A stretch of DNA of 64,000 nucleotides from Polyangiaceae bacterium. Lineage in GTDB: Bacteria > Myxococcota_A > Polyangia > Polyangiales > Polyangiaceae. Position 1 is the stretch's first letter; each line of letters opens with the position of its first letter. Below the pieces are notes generated by a model that was given only the letters and a program-made list of their open reading frames with translations, was not told the DNA's origin and did no database searches. Both the position numbers and the translations under genes were made by a program. The stretch covers positions 64,001-128,000 of the forward strand of contig JBILLK010000027.1 in NCBI GenBank assembly GCA_044376115.1, given 5' to 3'. Of this stretch, positions 8,828-18,523 are shown piece by piece.

Positions 8828-10729
8828 ATGCGGCGCACGTGCACCTGGCTTATCGCTTTTTGTGTCTTTGGTTCGGCTAGCACGGCGTGGGCGGATGAGC
8901 CTTACGACAGCCCCGCCGACTCGCCGGCGACTCCAGCTCCGGCGTCTCCAGCCGCCCCAGCCGCGGAACCGACGGTAGCGCCCGCAGCGAGCCCGGTAAC
9001 CGAGCCGATTCCGGAGCCAGTCATCGCCGAAGGAGAGAGCATCTTCTCGGAGGACACCTCCAGCTCAGGGCCGGTCTGGGAGAAGGTGATCCGCATCGAG
9101 AGCGACTTTCGCCTGCGGCTCGGTGACATCGGCTTCGACAACAAGTTCGTCGATCAAACGTTGGTCGCCGGGGCCGAGCGAAACCAGAACATCCTCTCGA
9201 CCAAGTTGAGCGTGGCTTGGGACAGCTTTCGCGCTGTATCGCAGATCGATCTCGTGCTGTTCGGCTACCAGAGTCAGATCTCTTCGATTGAGGCGCTGAG
9301 TGAGGCAGAGGAGCTTCAGCCGTACCGCATCGACATCAACGAGCTGTACGTGCAGATGAAGGACCTGTTGGTGAAGGGGTTCGACTTTCGCGTTGGCCAG
9401 CAGATCGTGCAATGGGGCGTCGCCGATCAGTTCAACCCGACGAACAATCTGAACCCCGACGACCTGGTGGACCCGCTGCTCTTTGGCAAGCAACAGGGCA
9501 ACTTCATGGTGCGCGGTGACTTCTGGGTCACCAGCAATTTTAGCCTCCAGGGCGTGCTCGTTCCGTTGTTCAAGCCGGCTCGTATACCGACCAGCGGCGC
9601 GCTCGGTGTGTCGGCCATCGATCGGCTGCCCTTCATTGACGAGAAGCTCCGCTACCGCGTCGGCACCGAACGTGCGGCTGCGCTCCGGCTGGCCAACAGC
9701 CCCACCTTGGTCGACAAGATCGTCATCGACCAGCCGTCGCCCGGCTTCGACAATATGCAGGCCGGCTTCCGCATGGCCGGCACCCTAGCCGAGCAGGATT
9801 GGTCGCTCTCCTATTACAACGGCCGAACCGACTTCCCGCAGCCGCTCTCGAACCATACCCGTCAATCGACTACGCCGGTGTGCCACCCGGAGACCGGTGA
9901 GTGCTCGGATGGGGCGCTGCTCACCGATGTCGTGCTGCACTACCCGAAGATGCACGTTTACGGTTTGAACCTCACCGGAGAACTCAATCCGTTCAAGGCG
10001 ATCGATTCGGATATCGCAGGGATTGGCTACCGCATCGAGGCGGCCTTCACCGTGCCCCAGGAAGCGCGGATGAAGGTCACCGCCGATGAGATCAACATCG
10101 CTGGCTTCACTCTGCCCGCCGGCGAATACGACTACGATGCCGACGGCAGACCCGGCGGCAAGCAGCCGCTCGTTCAATCGAGCGACCCGTTCTTCAAATG
10201 GACGGTTGGCCTCGACTACACCTTTGGCAAGGTCCTTTACGTCAATGCGATGTGGGCTCACGGCCTAGCCGATGAGTATGGTGCTGGTGACTTCATGTAC
10301 GGGACGAAGGCCGTTCGTGAATCCGGTACCGTCGATGACAATGGTGCAGTCGTCTTATGCGCCCTCGCGCAGGACGGTAGTGAGTGCGCCAACGAGATCT
10401 TGCGTCCGCGTCTTGGTGACTTCCTGATCCTCGGCTTCGACGTGAAGTTCCTCGACGATCAGCTGCTCGCGCGCTTGTTTACCCTGCTCGAAATGTCTGG
10501 TTACGAGAAGTCGACGGTCGTCGACGGTAAGCGAGTCGTGGAAGCCTTGCCGTTCTACACGCCTGAAGGCTTCTCAATGTCGATCTTCCCCGAGGTTAAC
10601 TACAACTTCGGTAACGGCCTCGAGCTCGGAGTTGGCGCCCTGTTCAACCTCGGCAAGAGCTACACCAAGTTTGGTGACCCGGCCGCCGGTGGCTCTATAT
10701 CCTTCTTGCGCGCGCGCTATACGCTGTAG
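8828..10729 (+). CDS. Outer-membrane beta-barrel protein, DUF1302-like
   Basis: Signal peptide, Pro/Ala linker, INELYV, RVGQQIVQWGVADQFNPTNNLNP, C-terminal LRARYTL barrel signal. Follows the LolA-like gene. Confidence 0.75.
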   Translation: MRRTCTWLIAFCVFGSASTAWADEPYDSPADSPATPAPASPAAPAAEPTVAPAASPVTEPIPEPVIAEGESIFSEDTSSSGPVWEKVIRIESDFRLRLGDIGFDNKFVDQTLVAGAERNQNILSTKLSVAWDSFRAVSQIDLVLFGYQSQISSIEALSEAEELQPYRIDINELYVQMKDLLVKGFDFRVGQQIVQWGVADQFNPTNNLNPDDLVDPLLFGKQQGNFMVRGDFWVTSNFSLQGVLVPLFKPARIPTSGALGVSAIDRLPFIDEKLRYRVGTERAAALRLANSPTLVDKIVIDQPSPGFDNMQAGFRMAGTLAEQDWSLSYYNGRTDFPQPLSNHTRQSTTPVCHPETGECSDGALLTDVVLHYPKMHVYGLNLTGELNPFKAIDSDIAGIGYRIEAAFTVPQEARMKVTADEINIAGFTLPAGEYDYDADGRPGGKQPLVQSSDPFFKWTVGLDYTFGKVLYVNAMWAHGLADEYGAGDFMYGTKAVRESGTVDDNGAVVLCALAQDGSECANEILRPRLGDFLILGFDVKFLDDQLLARLFTLLEMSGYEKSTVVDGKRVVEALPFYTPEGFSMSIFPEVNYNFGNGLELGVGALFNLGKSYTKFGDPAAGGSISFLRARYTL

Positions 10730-10736
10730 CTGCGAC

Positions 10737-12083
10737 TCAGTCCTCAGCTTCAATCACGAACGTACGCTCGCTGGTGGGGGCGTCGTTCGGGATCTGCGAC
10801 AGGTACTGAAACAGCAGCGAGGTCGTACCGTTCTCTTGGATGAGGCGACCCACCCCACGCGACGTTGTCGGTGAGCTGCTCTGCGTAATGACCTGGCCGT
10901 TGAGGGTCACCTCGAAGGTCGAGCTCGGGAAGTTCGTCACGCGAAAGCCCGGTTCAAAGTGCGCATCCGGCTTGAGCTGCACAGTGATGGGGAGGGCCTG
11001 CTGGTTCCCTTGCTCCACCGCAATCAGGTTCTCCGCGTTGATCGGCGAGCGGTTGAGGCCCTGGCTCATCCCAGCTGCTGTATCGTATTGACCGGTGGAA
11101 TTGCGGGTTGCCGCGTCGGCACGCTCGCCCAGCTCGGTCATCAGCGGGTCATGACAATAGCTCTCAAGGACTGCGAATGTAGAAATCAGGTCGTCGCCGA
11201 CAACCTCACCATCGTTCCAATAACAATCAGAAGCCGGAACAATCGAAGCTCGCGGCTCCCCCGTCAAGTTGACCGCCAGTAGTTGACTCGAGCCTGGTTG
11301 CTCACTGGAGCGCTGAAACGCACAGGCCTTGTTGGACCCCAGCCCTTGAATGTAGTCGAGTTGAGAATTTACTGCAGTATGGTTCATACGCAGCTCGAAC
11401 AGGTTAAGGTTGGGCCCGTTGCCCTTTGAAAGCAGCGACTGTACGGCGATGCGGCCGCTCGCCCAGAAGGTATAATTGACTATCCCCACGTTGTTTTGCG
11501 AGGTTTGGTAGTCGGTTTCGATCAACACGCGAACTGGCGATTGATCTGTCACCTTGAGCGAAGGGTCGGTGCCCGATTCAGCTCCGCTGCGCGCTCCGCC
11601 AGCCGTTCTTCGCAAAACGAAGGCATCGAACAATAGCTCGTTTGGTTGGGGGTCTCCTGTCGGGACGCTCGAGAGGTCGGTCAATGGATCGGCTGAACCA
11701 GCCGGCGAGAGATCACGAAAGCGATCGATCTGCCAGTTGGTGGCTTGATTGAATCGAAAGTCGAAACAACCCTCACGCCCGATCTCGAGCGCGGATGCGC
11801 CTTGGTCGAAGATGAGGGGACCCTGAAGGCCGCCGCCGCTTCCGCCGCCACCACCGGTATTGGCTCCACCGGCGCTCGTACCTCCAAGCCCTGACCCACC
11901 CGCTTCTGTGCCACCGCCAGAGGTTGCGCCGCCCGTCGTTTGCCCGCCGCTTCCCCCCGAATTACCCGTCGCCCCGCTTCCGTCGACGAACTCGATTCCC
12001 ACGCAGCTCGTGAGGCACAGCACGGCCAAGCCACGAATGTTGAGGCCCACCGCTTCCATCGACTTGGCCCGACTTCCCCTCAT
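10737..12083 (-). CDS. Hypothetical lipoprotein with Gly-rich linker
   Basis: Lipobox-like LTSC, about 50-aa G/S/T linker, beta-rich C-terminal domain. Confidence 0.7.
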   Translation of the reverse strand: MRGSRAKSMEAVGLNIRGLAVLCLTSCVGIEFVDGSGATGNSGGSGGQTTGGATSGGGTEAGGSGLGGTSAGGANTGGGGGSGGGLQGPLIFDQGASALEIGREGCFDFRFNQATNWQIDRFRDLSPAGSADPLTDLSSVPTGDPQPNELLFDAFVLRRTAGGARSGAESGTDPSLKVTDQSPVRVLIETDYQTSQNNVGIVNYTFWASGRIAVQSLLSKGNGPNLNLFELRMNHTAVNSQLDYIQGLGSNKACAFQRSSEQPGSSQLLAVNLTGEPRASIVPASDCYWNDGEVVGDDLISTFAVLESYCHDPLMTELGERADAATRNSTGQYDTAAGMSQGLNRSPINAENLIAVEQGNQQALPITVQLKPDAHFEPGFRVTNFPSSTFEVTLNGQVITQSSSPTTSRGVGRLIQENGTTSLLFQYLSQIPNDAPTSERTFVIEAED

Positions 12084-12173
12084 TGCTCCATGCTACCCAA
12101 CTTGGTCCCAGCGCGGCAGCTCTGGTGAGCGCTACGCGCTGCAGGCGGATGCCCAGGCTGCTAGGCTGCCAAC

Positions 12174-12518
12174 GTGGCCAATCCCCTGTTTCACTACGGC
12201 GCTCCGGTTATTTCGTTTGGCTGCATCGCGCTGCTCGTCGGTCGCGCGGTCGCCTACGGCTGCGGGGGAGACGCCGGAGCCATTGGTGAACCTACCGTCC
12301 TCCCGCCGAACTCTAGCAACGCGGTTGTTGAGCCTAGCGCCGCTCTACCATCCGCCAGCGCCGCTCTACCATCCGCCAGCGCCGCTCTACCATCCGCCAG
12401 TGCCGCTCTGAGCGTCGAGCATCTCAACGTAGAAGAATGGGGCGGGATGTCGAAGTCAGGTCGAATGCTGACTCCACGCCCACGCCCGTCCACTAAAAAC
12501 GCTCCGTCTAGTAAGTAA
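12174..12518 (+). CDS. Small membrane/exported protein with SAALPSA repeats
   Basis: GTG start, hydrophobic N-terminus, stop 2 bp before the desaturase ATG. Confidence 0.55.
   Translation: MANPLFHYGAPVISFGCIALLVGRAVAYGCGGDAGAIGEPTVLPPNSSNAVVEPSAALPSASAALPSASAALPSASAALSVEHLNVEEWGGMSKSGRMLTPRPRPSTKNAPSSK
12336..12409 (+). repeat. 21-bp tandem repeat, about 3.5 copies (coding VNTR)
   Basis: AGCGCCGCTCTACCATCCGCC exact at 12336, 12357 and 12378, with a partial copy at 12399. Confidence 0.95.
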
Positions 12519-12520
12519 GC

Positions 12521-13303
12521 ATGCTCGGTTACGTGCAAGACGTCTTGCTTGCCTACGTTGGTAGCCTGGCGATACTGCTGATTGCCTTCGCCCCGCTCGA
12601 GAGACGTTTTCCAGCGCGCCCAAGGCAGCCGCTACTACGCGGCGAATGGAAGACCGACTTGGCCTTCCTCACAGGCCAATACCTGGTGTTTACCCTGGCC
12701 TCCTCGGCCCTGCTCAGCGTTCTCTCGCGGCTCAGCTATGGGGGGATCGTAGGCCCTTGGCTCAGCGCATTGCGGACCGCAGTTCGTTCGCTGCCGCTGC
12801 TCGTGGCCCTTTTTTTTACCACCGTACTCGGCGATTTACTTATCTATTGGTTTCACCGCGCTTGTCATCGGTTCGACTTCCTTTGGCGCTTTCATCGGGT
12901 TCATCACACCGCGAAGACGTTGGACTTTTTGGCCGCCCATCGCGAACACCCGCTCGATGGCTTATTCACCCAGCTGATACAGAACCTGCCCCTGCTGCTA
13001 TCTGGGCTACCTGTCCGATATTTGGCAGGATTAGTGGCCTTTCGCGGGGTTTGGGCGGTCTTCATCCACTCCAATATCCGATTGCCGCTCGGGCCGTTGC
13101 GCGTCCTCCTCGGCGCACCGGAGCTTCACCACTATCATCATGCGCTCGATCGTAAGACGGGCAATTACGCTAACTTGGCGCCCTGGCTCGACTGCCTGTT
13201 TGGTACCTACGTGGTGGCCAAAGAAGCCTATGAGTTGGGTGTACCGAATAACCCGCCTCGCAGCTATTGGCAGCATCTGCTGAGTCCCTTCAAGCGCGGC
13301 TAG
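12521..13303 (+). CDS. Sterol desaturase / fatty acid hydroxylase family protein
   Basis: His boxes YWFHRACH, FHRVHH, FIHSN, HHYHH. NYA...WLDCLFGT. Confidence 0.92.
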   Translation: MLGYVQDVLLAYVGSLAILLIAFAPLERRFPARPRQPLLRGEWKTDLAFLTGQYLVFTLASSALLSVLSRLSYGGIVGPWLSALRTAVRSLPLLVALFFTTVLGDLLIYWFHRACHRFDFLWRFHRVHHTAKTLDFLAAHREHPLDGLFTQLIQNLPLLLSGLPVRYLAGLVAFRGVWAVFIHSNIRLPLGPLRVLLGAPELHHYHHALDRKTGNYANLAPWLDCLFGTYVVAKEAYELGVPNNPPRSYWQHLLSPFKRG

Positions 13304-13426
13304 CATCTCAGCGGGCGAATCCGGACCGTCTGCCTCGACAATGCCGGGACAAACCCCGAGCAGCGGCCAAAAACAAAGCCGAAAACTGGTCTAGCCCAGC
13401 GCTTTCTGGCATCCGTCGCTGCGATC

Positions 13427-15421
13427 ATGTCTCACGCCATGCCGGATCTCACCCTCCCGCGGAGCCACCCGTCTGCCGAATCTGGCGAGAACGGCGTTGT
13501 TTCGCGACAGCAAGTCTCTGGGCCACGGTCGCGCGGAGCCATGCGATTGCCGCCAGCCGTACGGTTCGCCGATGACGCCCATCGCGCGAGGACCATCGCC
13601 GACGCAGAACGGGCGCGAGCGATCGTGCTGCTACCGCGTTGTTCCGGGCCAGGGCAACTCAAAGGTGCGATCGACGCCGATTTCGAGTCGGTGTTGGCTT
13701 CTCGGGGCGCGATGCCCTGCGCCGTGCGCAGCGACGCCCCGTACCGCGCCGTGGTCGAGGACCAACTCGCACGGGCGGCCATGCTTCCAGTGCGCGGGGT
13801 CTGTATCTCGATGCCTGTTTTGGCGGACCTTTGCGAAGCGAATGATTCGTTGAACGAGGACGATCTACGCACCCTCTCGGTTTGGGTCGAAGCGGCCAAG
13901 GTTCAACGGCGCTTGCGCGTCGTGGTGCTGCTCTCCGAGATCGATCGCGACACCACGCTTTTGGTGCCGCGACGGCTGGAGGACCATCTCGCTCCCAATC
14001 GTCTCGAGCATGAGACCGTGACCTCCCACAATTCCTTCGCCGATACTCCGCGCGCTCCGGCTGTGGAGGAGCGCGAGGTTGCGGCGGTTGAGCCGCCGAG
14101 CGAGCCCGTGGCGCCTGCTGTCGTTAGCGCCGTCGCGGTCAGTGAAGCGCTCGCTGAGGCGAACGAGGTCGCCCGTGTTGCCGTGGTCGTCGAGCCGGAG
14201 GCCGCGGTCGTCGAAGTGGAGGTGGTATTGCCGGTGGTGCTGTCCGCGCGCTCGGGCGATACGCTGAGGCCGCCTTCCTTGCCCGACCTGGATCTGGGTG
14301 AAGCGCTCGCCCAAGCGCTCAGTGGTAGCGAGGACGACGCAGAGGAAGAGGGCCCTTCATCGATTGAGGCGGCTACGGCCTATGCGTCATCGGCGCCCGT
14401 CGCTTTGGAGGAAAGTGAGCCCGATACAGCCTCGGAGCCAGAGGTAGAGGCCAGCGCCCCGGTGGTTCACGCTGTCAAAGCGGTTCCGGCCGCTGCGCCT
14501 TCCACGCCAGACTTCCGTAAGGCGATGAAGCGCGTTCTCGCGGACGAGCCTGCCGACGAGGTGATGATCTCGCGGGTTCAACAGACCGCGACCTTCCGCG
14601 GATATGCAATGGACCTCGATGCAGCCAAAGGGCCGAAGCCGGTGGCCATCGTGGAGCGCTTGTTTGCCCAGCGCTATGTACCATTGCTCGCCGCGGCCCA
14701 TCGCGGGGAGCTCGACGGAGCTGCGCTCGCGGTGGCCGAAGAATGGCGCGCGAGCTTCGCTGAGAGCTACGAGAACGCTTATGCGGGTATGCGAGCTACC
14801 GGCAAGCGCCCCACGATGGTGATGGACGCGCCTGACGTCGCAACGCGCGTGGCCCGTCTCTCGAGCGCACGCTCGATCAAGCTAATCATGGTTGATTCAA
14901 TGAGCTACGACCTCGGTGATCGCGTGCAAGCGCGCGTTGGTCGGGCGCTCGACAAGCGCGCCGTGCTGGTCGAGACCACGACGCTTTGGTCGGCTCTCCC
15001 GACGCGTACCTTCGCGCAGATGCACCTCTTGGCCAAAGGCCCCGAGGGGCTCAAAGACCCTGTCTCCGGGCCGCCGAGCGAGCCCGATGTAACGCGCGGA
15101 CGTGCCGTCTCTACGCTGCGACGCGAGAAGGTCGGCTCGCGCGAGCTGCTCAAGCTCGACTTGGTCGAGGCGCGGCTTCGCGCTCAGGGCGCTGCCTACG
15201 ACGAACGACTCGACGCCTTGGCCGATGAGATCGCCGAGGTGTTGGTGAAGTTCATGGAGACGCAGCCGCCGCGAACCTTGGTCTACATCTTTGGTGACCA
15301 CGGGTTCGTGCTCGGCGCTGGCTCGAACGGTTGGGCAACCGGCGCTGCGACCCAGGGAGGCGCCTCGCCCGAGGAGGTGCTCGTGGGCGGCTACGGCTTC
15401 CTAGTGGACGCCGTTCAATAG
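13427..15421 (+). CDS. Protein with an acidic low-complexity middle and a C-terminal PglZ-like (alkaline phosphatase superfamily) domain
   Basis: LIMVDSMSYD, SALPTRT, YIFGDHGF, QGGASPEEVLV. Confidence 0.75.
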   Translation: MSHAMPDLTLPRSHPSAESGENGVVSRQQVSGPRSRGAMRLPPAVRFADDAHRARTIADAERARAIVLLPRCSGPGQLKGAIDADFESVLASRGAMPCAVRSDAPYRAVVEDQLARAAMLPVRGVCISMPVLADLCEANDSLNEDDLRTLSVWVEAAKVQRRLRVVVLLSEIDRDTTLLVPRRLEDHLAPNRLEHETVTSHNSFADTPRAPAVEEREVAAVEPPSEPVAPAVVSAVAVSEALAEANEVARVAVVVEPEAAVVEVEVVLPVVLSARSGDTLRPPSLPDLDLGEALAQALSGSEDDAEEEGPSSIEAATAYASSAPVALEESEPDTASEPEVEASAPVVHAVKAVPAAAPSTPDFRKAMKRVLADEPADEVMISRVQQTATFRGYAMDLDAAKGPKPVAIVERLFAQRYVPLLAAAHRGELDGAALAVAEEWRASFAESYENAYAGMRATGKRPTMVMDAPDVATRVARLSSARSIKLIMVDSMSYDLGDRVQARVGRALDKRAVLVETTTLWSALPTRTFAQMHLLAKGPEGLKDPVSGPPSEPDVTRGRAVSTLRREKVGSRELLKLDLVEARLRAQGAAYDERLDALADEIAEVLVKFMETQPPRTLVYIFGDHGFVLGAGSNGWATGAATQGGASPEEVLVGGYGFLVDAVQ

Positions 15422-15439
15422 CGCAGTAGCGCGGGCGCG

Positions 15440-16588
15440 CTAACCCGAGCGCGCCTCTCGTTCGAGTTCACGGATAGCCGCATCCACCTCGGACTCGGCG
15501 TCGCTGGTCGCCGCCGCGGATAGCGCCTGCTGTAACGCCGGCGAGGCTGAGGCGGCTGCTGCGATGCGCAAGCCCGACGCAAATCGAGCCCACTCGTGAT
15601 GCTGACGTAGCTCGCGTGCAGCCCGCGCTCGGGTCAGGAGCTCCGCCCGCGGATTCTCCGCGAGTCGAGCGAGGTCACCTGCTGTTAGCTCGCGGTTGCG
15701 GAAGGTGCCTTCAGCGAGTGTCAGCCGTGCGGAAGCAAGCGGTGCTTCGTTCTCTTGCCAGGCGCATAGCCGCTTACGGACGAAGTCGACGAGCGCCGCG
15801 CGCGCGGCGCGCCCACGGCGGCCGAACGGCAGCAGCGGGGCAGAGATGAAGATGTCCTTCGAGAGTGTATGAAGCCTAAGCCAAGGCCCCCAAGCGCTCA
15901 CCCCGCGCAGCTCGGCGAACCCTACGAAGCGCTGCTCTGAAGGCCCGCTAACCCATATACCGTCCACTCCTATTCGGCCGTGGGTATGGTGAGAACCGCC
16001 GAGCCCAAGCAGCCCCAAAGCCATCAACGCAAAGGCAATGAAGGGCTCTCCTGCTTCGAGCGCCCAAACAAAGCCTGCCAGTGCCACGACCGTGGAGCCG
16101 ATCAGTCCGCCAAGCTGCAGGTGTCGTGCGGCGCTCTTGCCCGTGAGCACGGGCTCCGTGGCGAGTCCAAGCGCGGAATTCAAGTTGCGGTGCTGCTCCT
16201 CCGTGCGCACTTCAAGCTCGAGCAGCAACTGACCGTCGTCGATCACGACGGTGCGTTTGGCTGATTCGGTGCTGGGCTCGCTATAGGCGAATAGCCCGCG
16301 CGGGAGCCCACAAATGAAGCGGCCACTTTGCTGCCAAAGCGCACCCTCTCGAATCACGAAGTCTCCCTGTAGGGTACGGCCACGCGACGCGAGCTTGAGG
16401 AAGCTAAACCCGAAGGCCAGCGCAGCTACTACGCCTAGCGGAAATCGCTGTGAGTTAGGCCGCTCGGGTATCCGGAGCACGAAGAAGGCGCCTACCAAGG
16501 CGAGCACGGCCTCGAAGGCTCCCACTGAGGAATACGTTCGTACCACACCGGAGAAGGTCGTTTCTTCGCGTGGGTTGGTGGAGGTCAT
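15440..16588 (-). CDS. Hypothetical membrane protein (TM hairpins, PH-like segments, helical C-terminal domain)
   Basis: Two TM pairs, IGVDGIWV, C-terminal ENPRA...R.RAA..L...LRIAAAASASPALQQAL. Start ATG 16588. Confidence 0.7.
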   Translation of the reverse strand: MTSTNPREETTFSGVVRTYSSVGAFEAVLALVGAFFVLRIPERPNSQRFPLGVVAALAFGFSFLKLASRGRTLQGDFVIREGALWQQSGRFICGLPRGLFAYSEPSTESAKRTVVIDDGQLLLELEVRTEEQHRNLNSALGLATEPVLTGKSAARHLQLGGLIGSTVVALAGFVWALEAGEPFIAFALMALGLLGLGGSHHTHGRIGVDGIWVSGPSEQRFVGFAELRGVSAWGPWLRLHTLSKDIFISAPLLPFGRRGRAARAALVDFVRKRLCAWQENEAPLASARLTLAEGTFRNRELTAGDLARLAENPRAELLTRARAARELRQHHEWARFASGLRIAAAASASPALQQALSAAATSDAESEVDAAIRELEREARSG

Positions 16589-16598
16589 CGGAAGACCC

Positions 16599-17513
16599 TC
16601 ACTTTGACTGGGCCGCGATGGCGATTCCAGCCCCAGCCAGGATGATGAGCCCACCTATCGCTTCGGTGGCGGTTGGTACGATGCTCAGGGCGAGCGCCCC
16701 GAGCGCGGCGCTACCCAGCGTCTCCCCGGGGCACACCAGCGCCACCAGACTGGGCCGTAGAAAGCGTGCTCCTAGCTGAACCAACGTATGGCCGATGACC
16801 GTTGGTACGAGCGCCAGGGCTAGCAGCCCAAACAACTGATTAGAGCTTAAACTGGCAAAGCTCGGAGCACTGAACTGCGACGAGATGCCCAGCCAAGTAG
16901 CCAATACGATCGCCGATACGGCATAGACGAGCGGCGCTGAGTGAATAGCGGATAGTTGGTTTACCAAAGACCGTGACGCGCAAACGTAGAAACCGAAGAG
17001 CATCACAGCGGCGAGGACGATGCCGTCCCCAGCGAGGGTGTGCTCTCCAGCGCCGCTGGCTTGCGTACCAATGGTCAGGGCTCCAGCCGTTGCCACCCCG
17101 AGTCCCAGCCCCTCAAGGCGACTGGGCCGCAAACGAAACAGCATCCACGCCGCGAGCACGACCGATAGCGGCTCGAGCGCCACCAAGGACACCGCGGCGG
17201 GCAAGGAGGTTTTGCTGAGCCCCCATTGAAAGAGCCCAAAATGGGCTCCCAGCAGTGCGCCGCCAGCAATGATCCGCATCGCCGTCGACCAGCCCAGTTG
17301 GCGTACGGCTCGAACGAGCCCGCGCGCATCCCAGAGGGAAAGCAAGCTCGCCGCGACGATCACTCGGACCAAGGCGATGAAGATGGGATCCATCGGCGCG
17401 ACCAGCTTGGAGAGCGGTGCGCTCGTCGCGAAGGCGAGGCTAGCCGCCAATACCAGTCCTACGCTCCGCGCACTGCTTTGAGCCGGCGTGGACGTCACCT
17501 CGTCGCGGCTCAC
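16599..17513 (-). CDS. EamA/DMT family transporter
   Basis: About 10 TMs in two repeats. LLGAHF, LVPTVIGHTL. Confidence 0.9.
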   Translation of the reverse strand: MSRDEVTSTPAQSSARSVGLVLAASLAFATSAPLSKLVAPMDPIFIALVRVIVAASLLSLWDARGLVRAVRQLGWSTAMRIIAGGALLGAHFGLFQWGLSKTSLPAAVSLVALEPLSVVLAAWMLFRLRPSRLEGLGLGVATAGALTIGTQASGAGEHTLAGDGIVLAAVMLFGFYVCASRSLVNQLSAIHSAPLVYAVSAIVLATWLGISSQFSAPSFASLSSNQLFGLLALALVPTVIGHTLVQLGARFLRPSLVALVCPGETLGSAALGALALSIVPTATEAIGGLIILAGAGIAIAAQSK

Positions 17514-18523
17514 CCCGCTCCCGAGGGTAGGCTCACCTCACCAGCCCAAGCCTGCGAGAACGCGTCGCGTGCAGCTTGAATGCGCCCCTCCGGAGCGCGC
17601 CCCAGCGCGATCATCAACTTCGTCAGCGCCGCCTCGGTGGTCATGTCATAGGCGCTAATTGCGCCAGCGCCGTGTGCCGCAACTCCACCTTCATAGGCCG
17701 ATAGATCGACCGCGCCCCGTGGACACTGACTGACAATCACGACCGGAACATCGAGCCCGCGCGCATGTTCAATCACCGGGATTAGCGAGCGTTGCAGGCG
17801 CGGTACGTTGCCTGCGCCGAAGCCCTCGAGCACGACGCCACGTACCCCCGAGCCGAGAGCTCCGATGAGCAACTTGGGATCAAGCCCTGGGAAGGTGCGC
17901 ACCGCTAACACCCGCGGCTCGAGCCGATCGTCGTAGGGGGCGTGCGCTCGCGCCGCCAGGACATGCTTCTCCACCTGAACGCCCAACCCCAGCTCCGCAA
18001 GCGGTGGGCAACTCGGACTACCGAACGCGTTCATGCTCCAAGCGTCGAGCTTGGTCACGCGACACCCGCGAAAGAACCGCGAATTGAACACGACGCCGAC
18101 CTCCGGAATGCCGAGGGTTGCTACATGGCAAGCGTCCACGAGATTGGTTCTGGCGTCGGTGCGGATGGCATTGAGCGGTTTCTGAGCGCCGGTGAGCACC
18201 ACGCTGCGATCCAGCCCTGAAAGCAGATAAGCCAGCGCGCTCGCTGTGTAGCCCATGGTGTCCGTCCCATGCACGATGACGAACCCATCATAGCGACTCA
18301 GGTTGTCATGTACTTTGCGGCCAAGCTCAATCCAGTGCTCGGGCTGCATGTCTGCGGAATCGAGCTTGAACAGAAACGTGGTTTCGATCTCGGCCAATTG
18401 CTTGAGCACTGGAAGCTCGGCGAGCAGGTCACGCTTGTAAGCATCAGGCGAAAGCGCTCCCGACTCGGTGCTTTGGCCCATCATCAAGGTGCCCCCGGTG
18501 TGGACTAACAGTAGGCGCTTCAA
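17510..18523 (-). CDS. ansA: L-asparaginase type I (cytoplasmic)
   Basis: HTGGTL, HGTDTM, VLTGAQ, DMTTEAALTKL. No signal peptide. Confidence 0.93.
   Translation of the reverse strand: MKRLLLVHTGGTLMMGQSTESGALSPDAYKRDLLAELPVLKQLAEIETTFLFKLDSADMQPEHWIELGRKVHDNLSRYDGFVIVHGTDTMGYTASALAYLLSGLDRSVVLTGAQKPLNAIRTDARTNLVDACHVATLGIPEVGVVFNSRFFRGCRVTKLDAWSMNAFGSPSCPPLAELGLGVQVEKHVLAARAHAPYDDRLEPRVLAVRTFPGLDPKLLIGALGSGVRGVVLEGFGAGNVPRLQRSLIPVIEHARGLDVPVVIVSQCPRGAVDLSAYEGGVAAHGAGAISAYDMTTEAALTKLMIALGRAPEGRIQAARDAFSQAWAGEVSLPSGAG

Noticed and set aside
13427..15421. BREX defence system
   Set aside because: Only a PglZ-like domain is present. No brxA, brxB, brxC, pglX or brxL neighbours.
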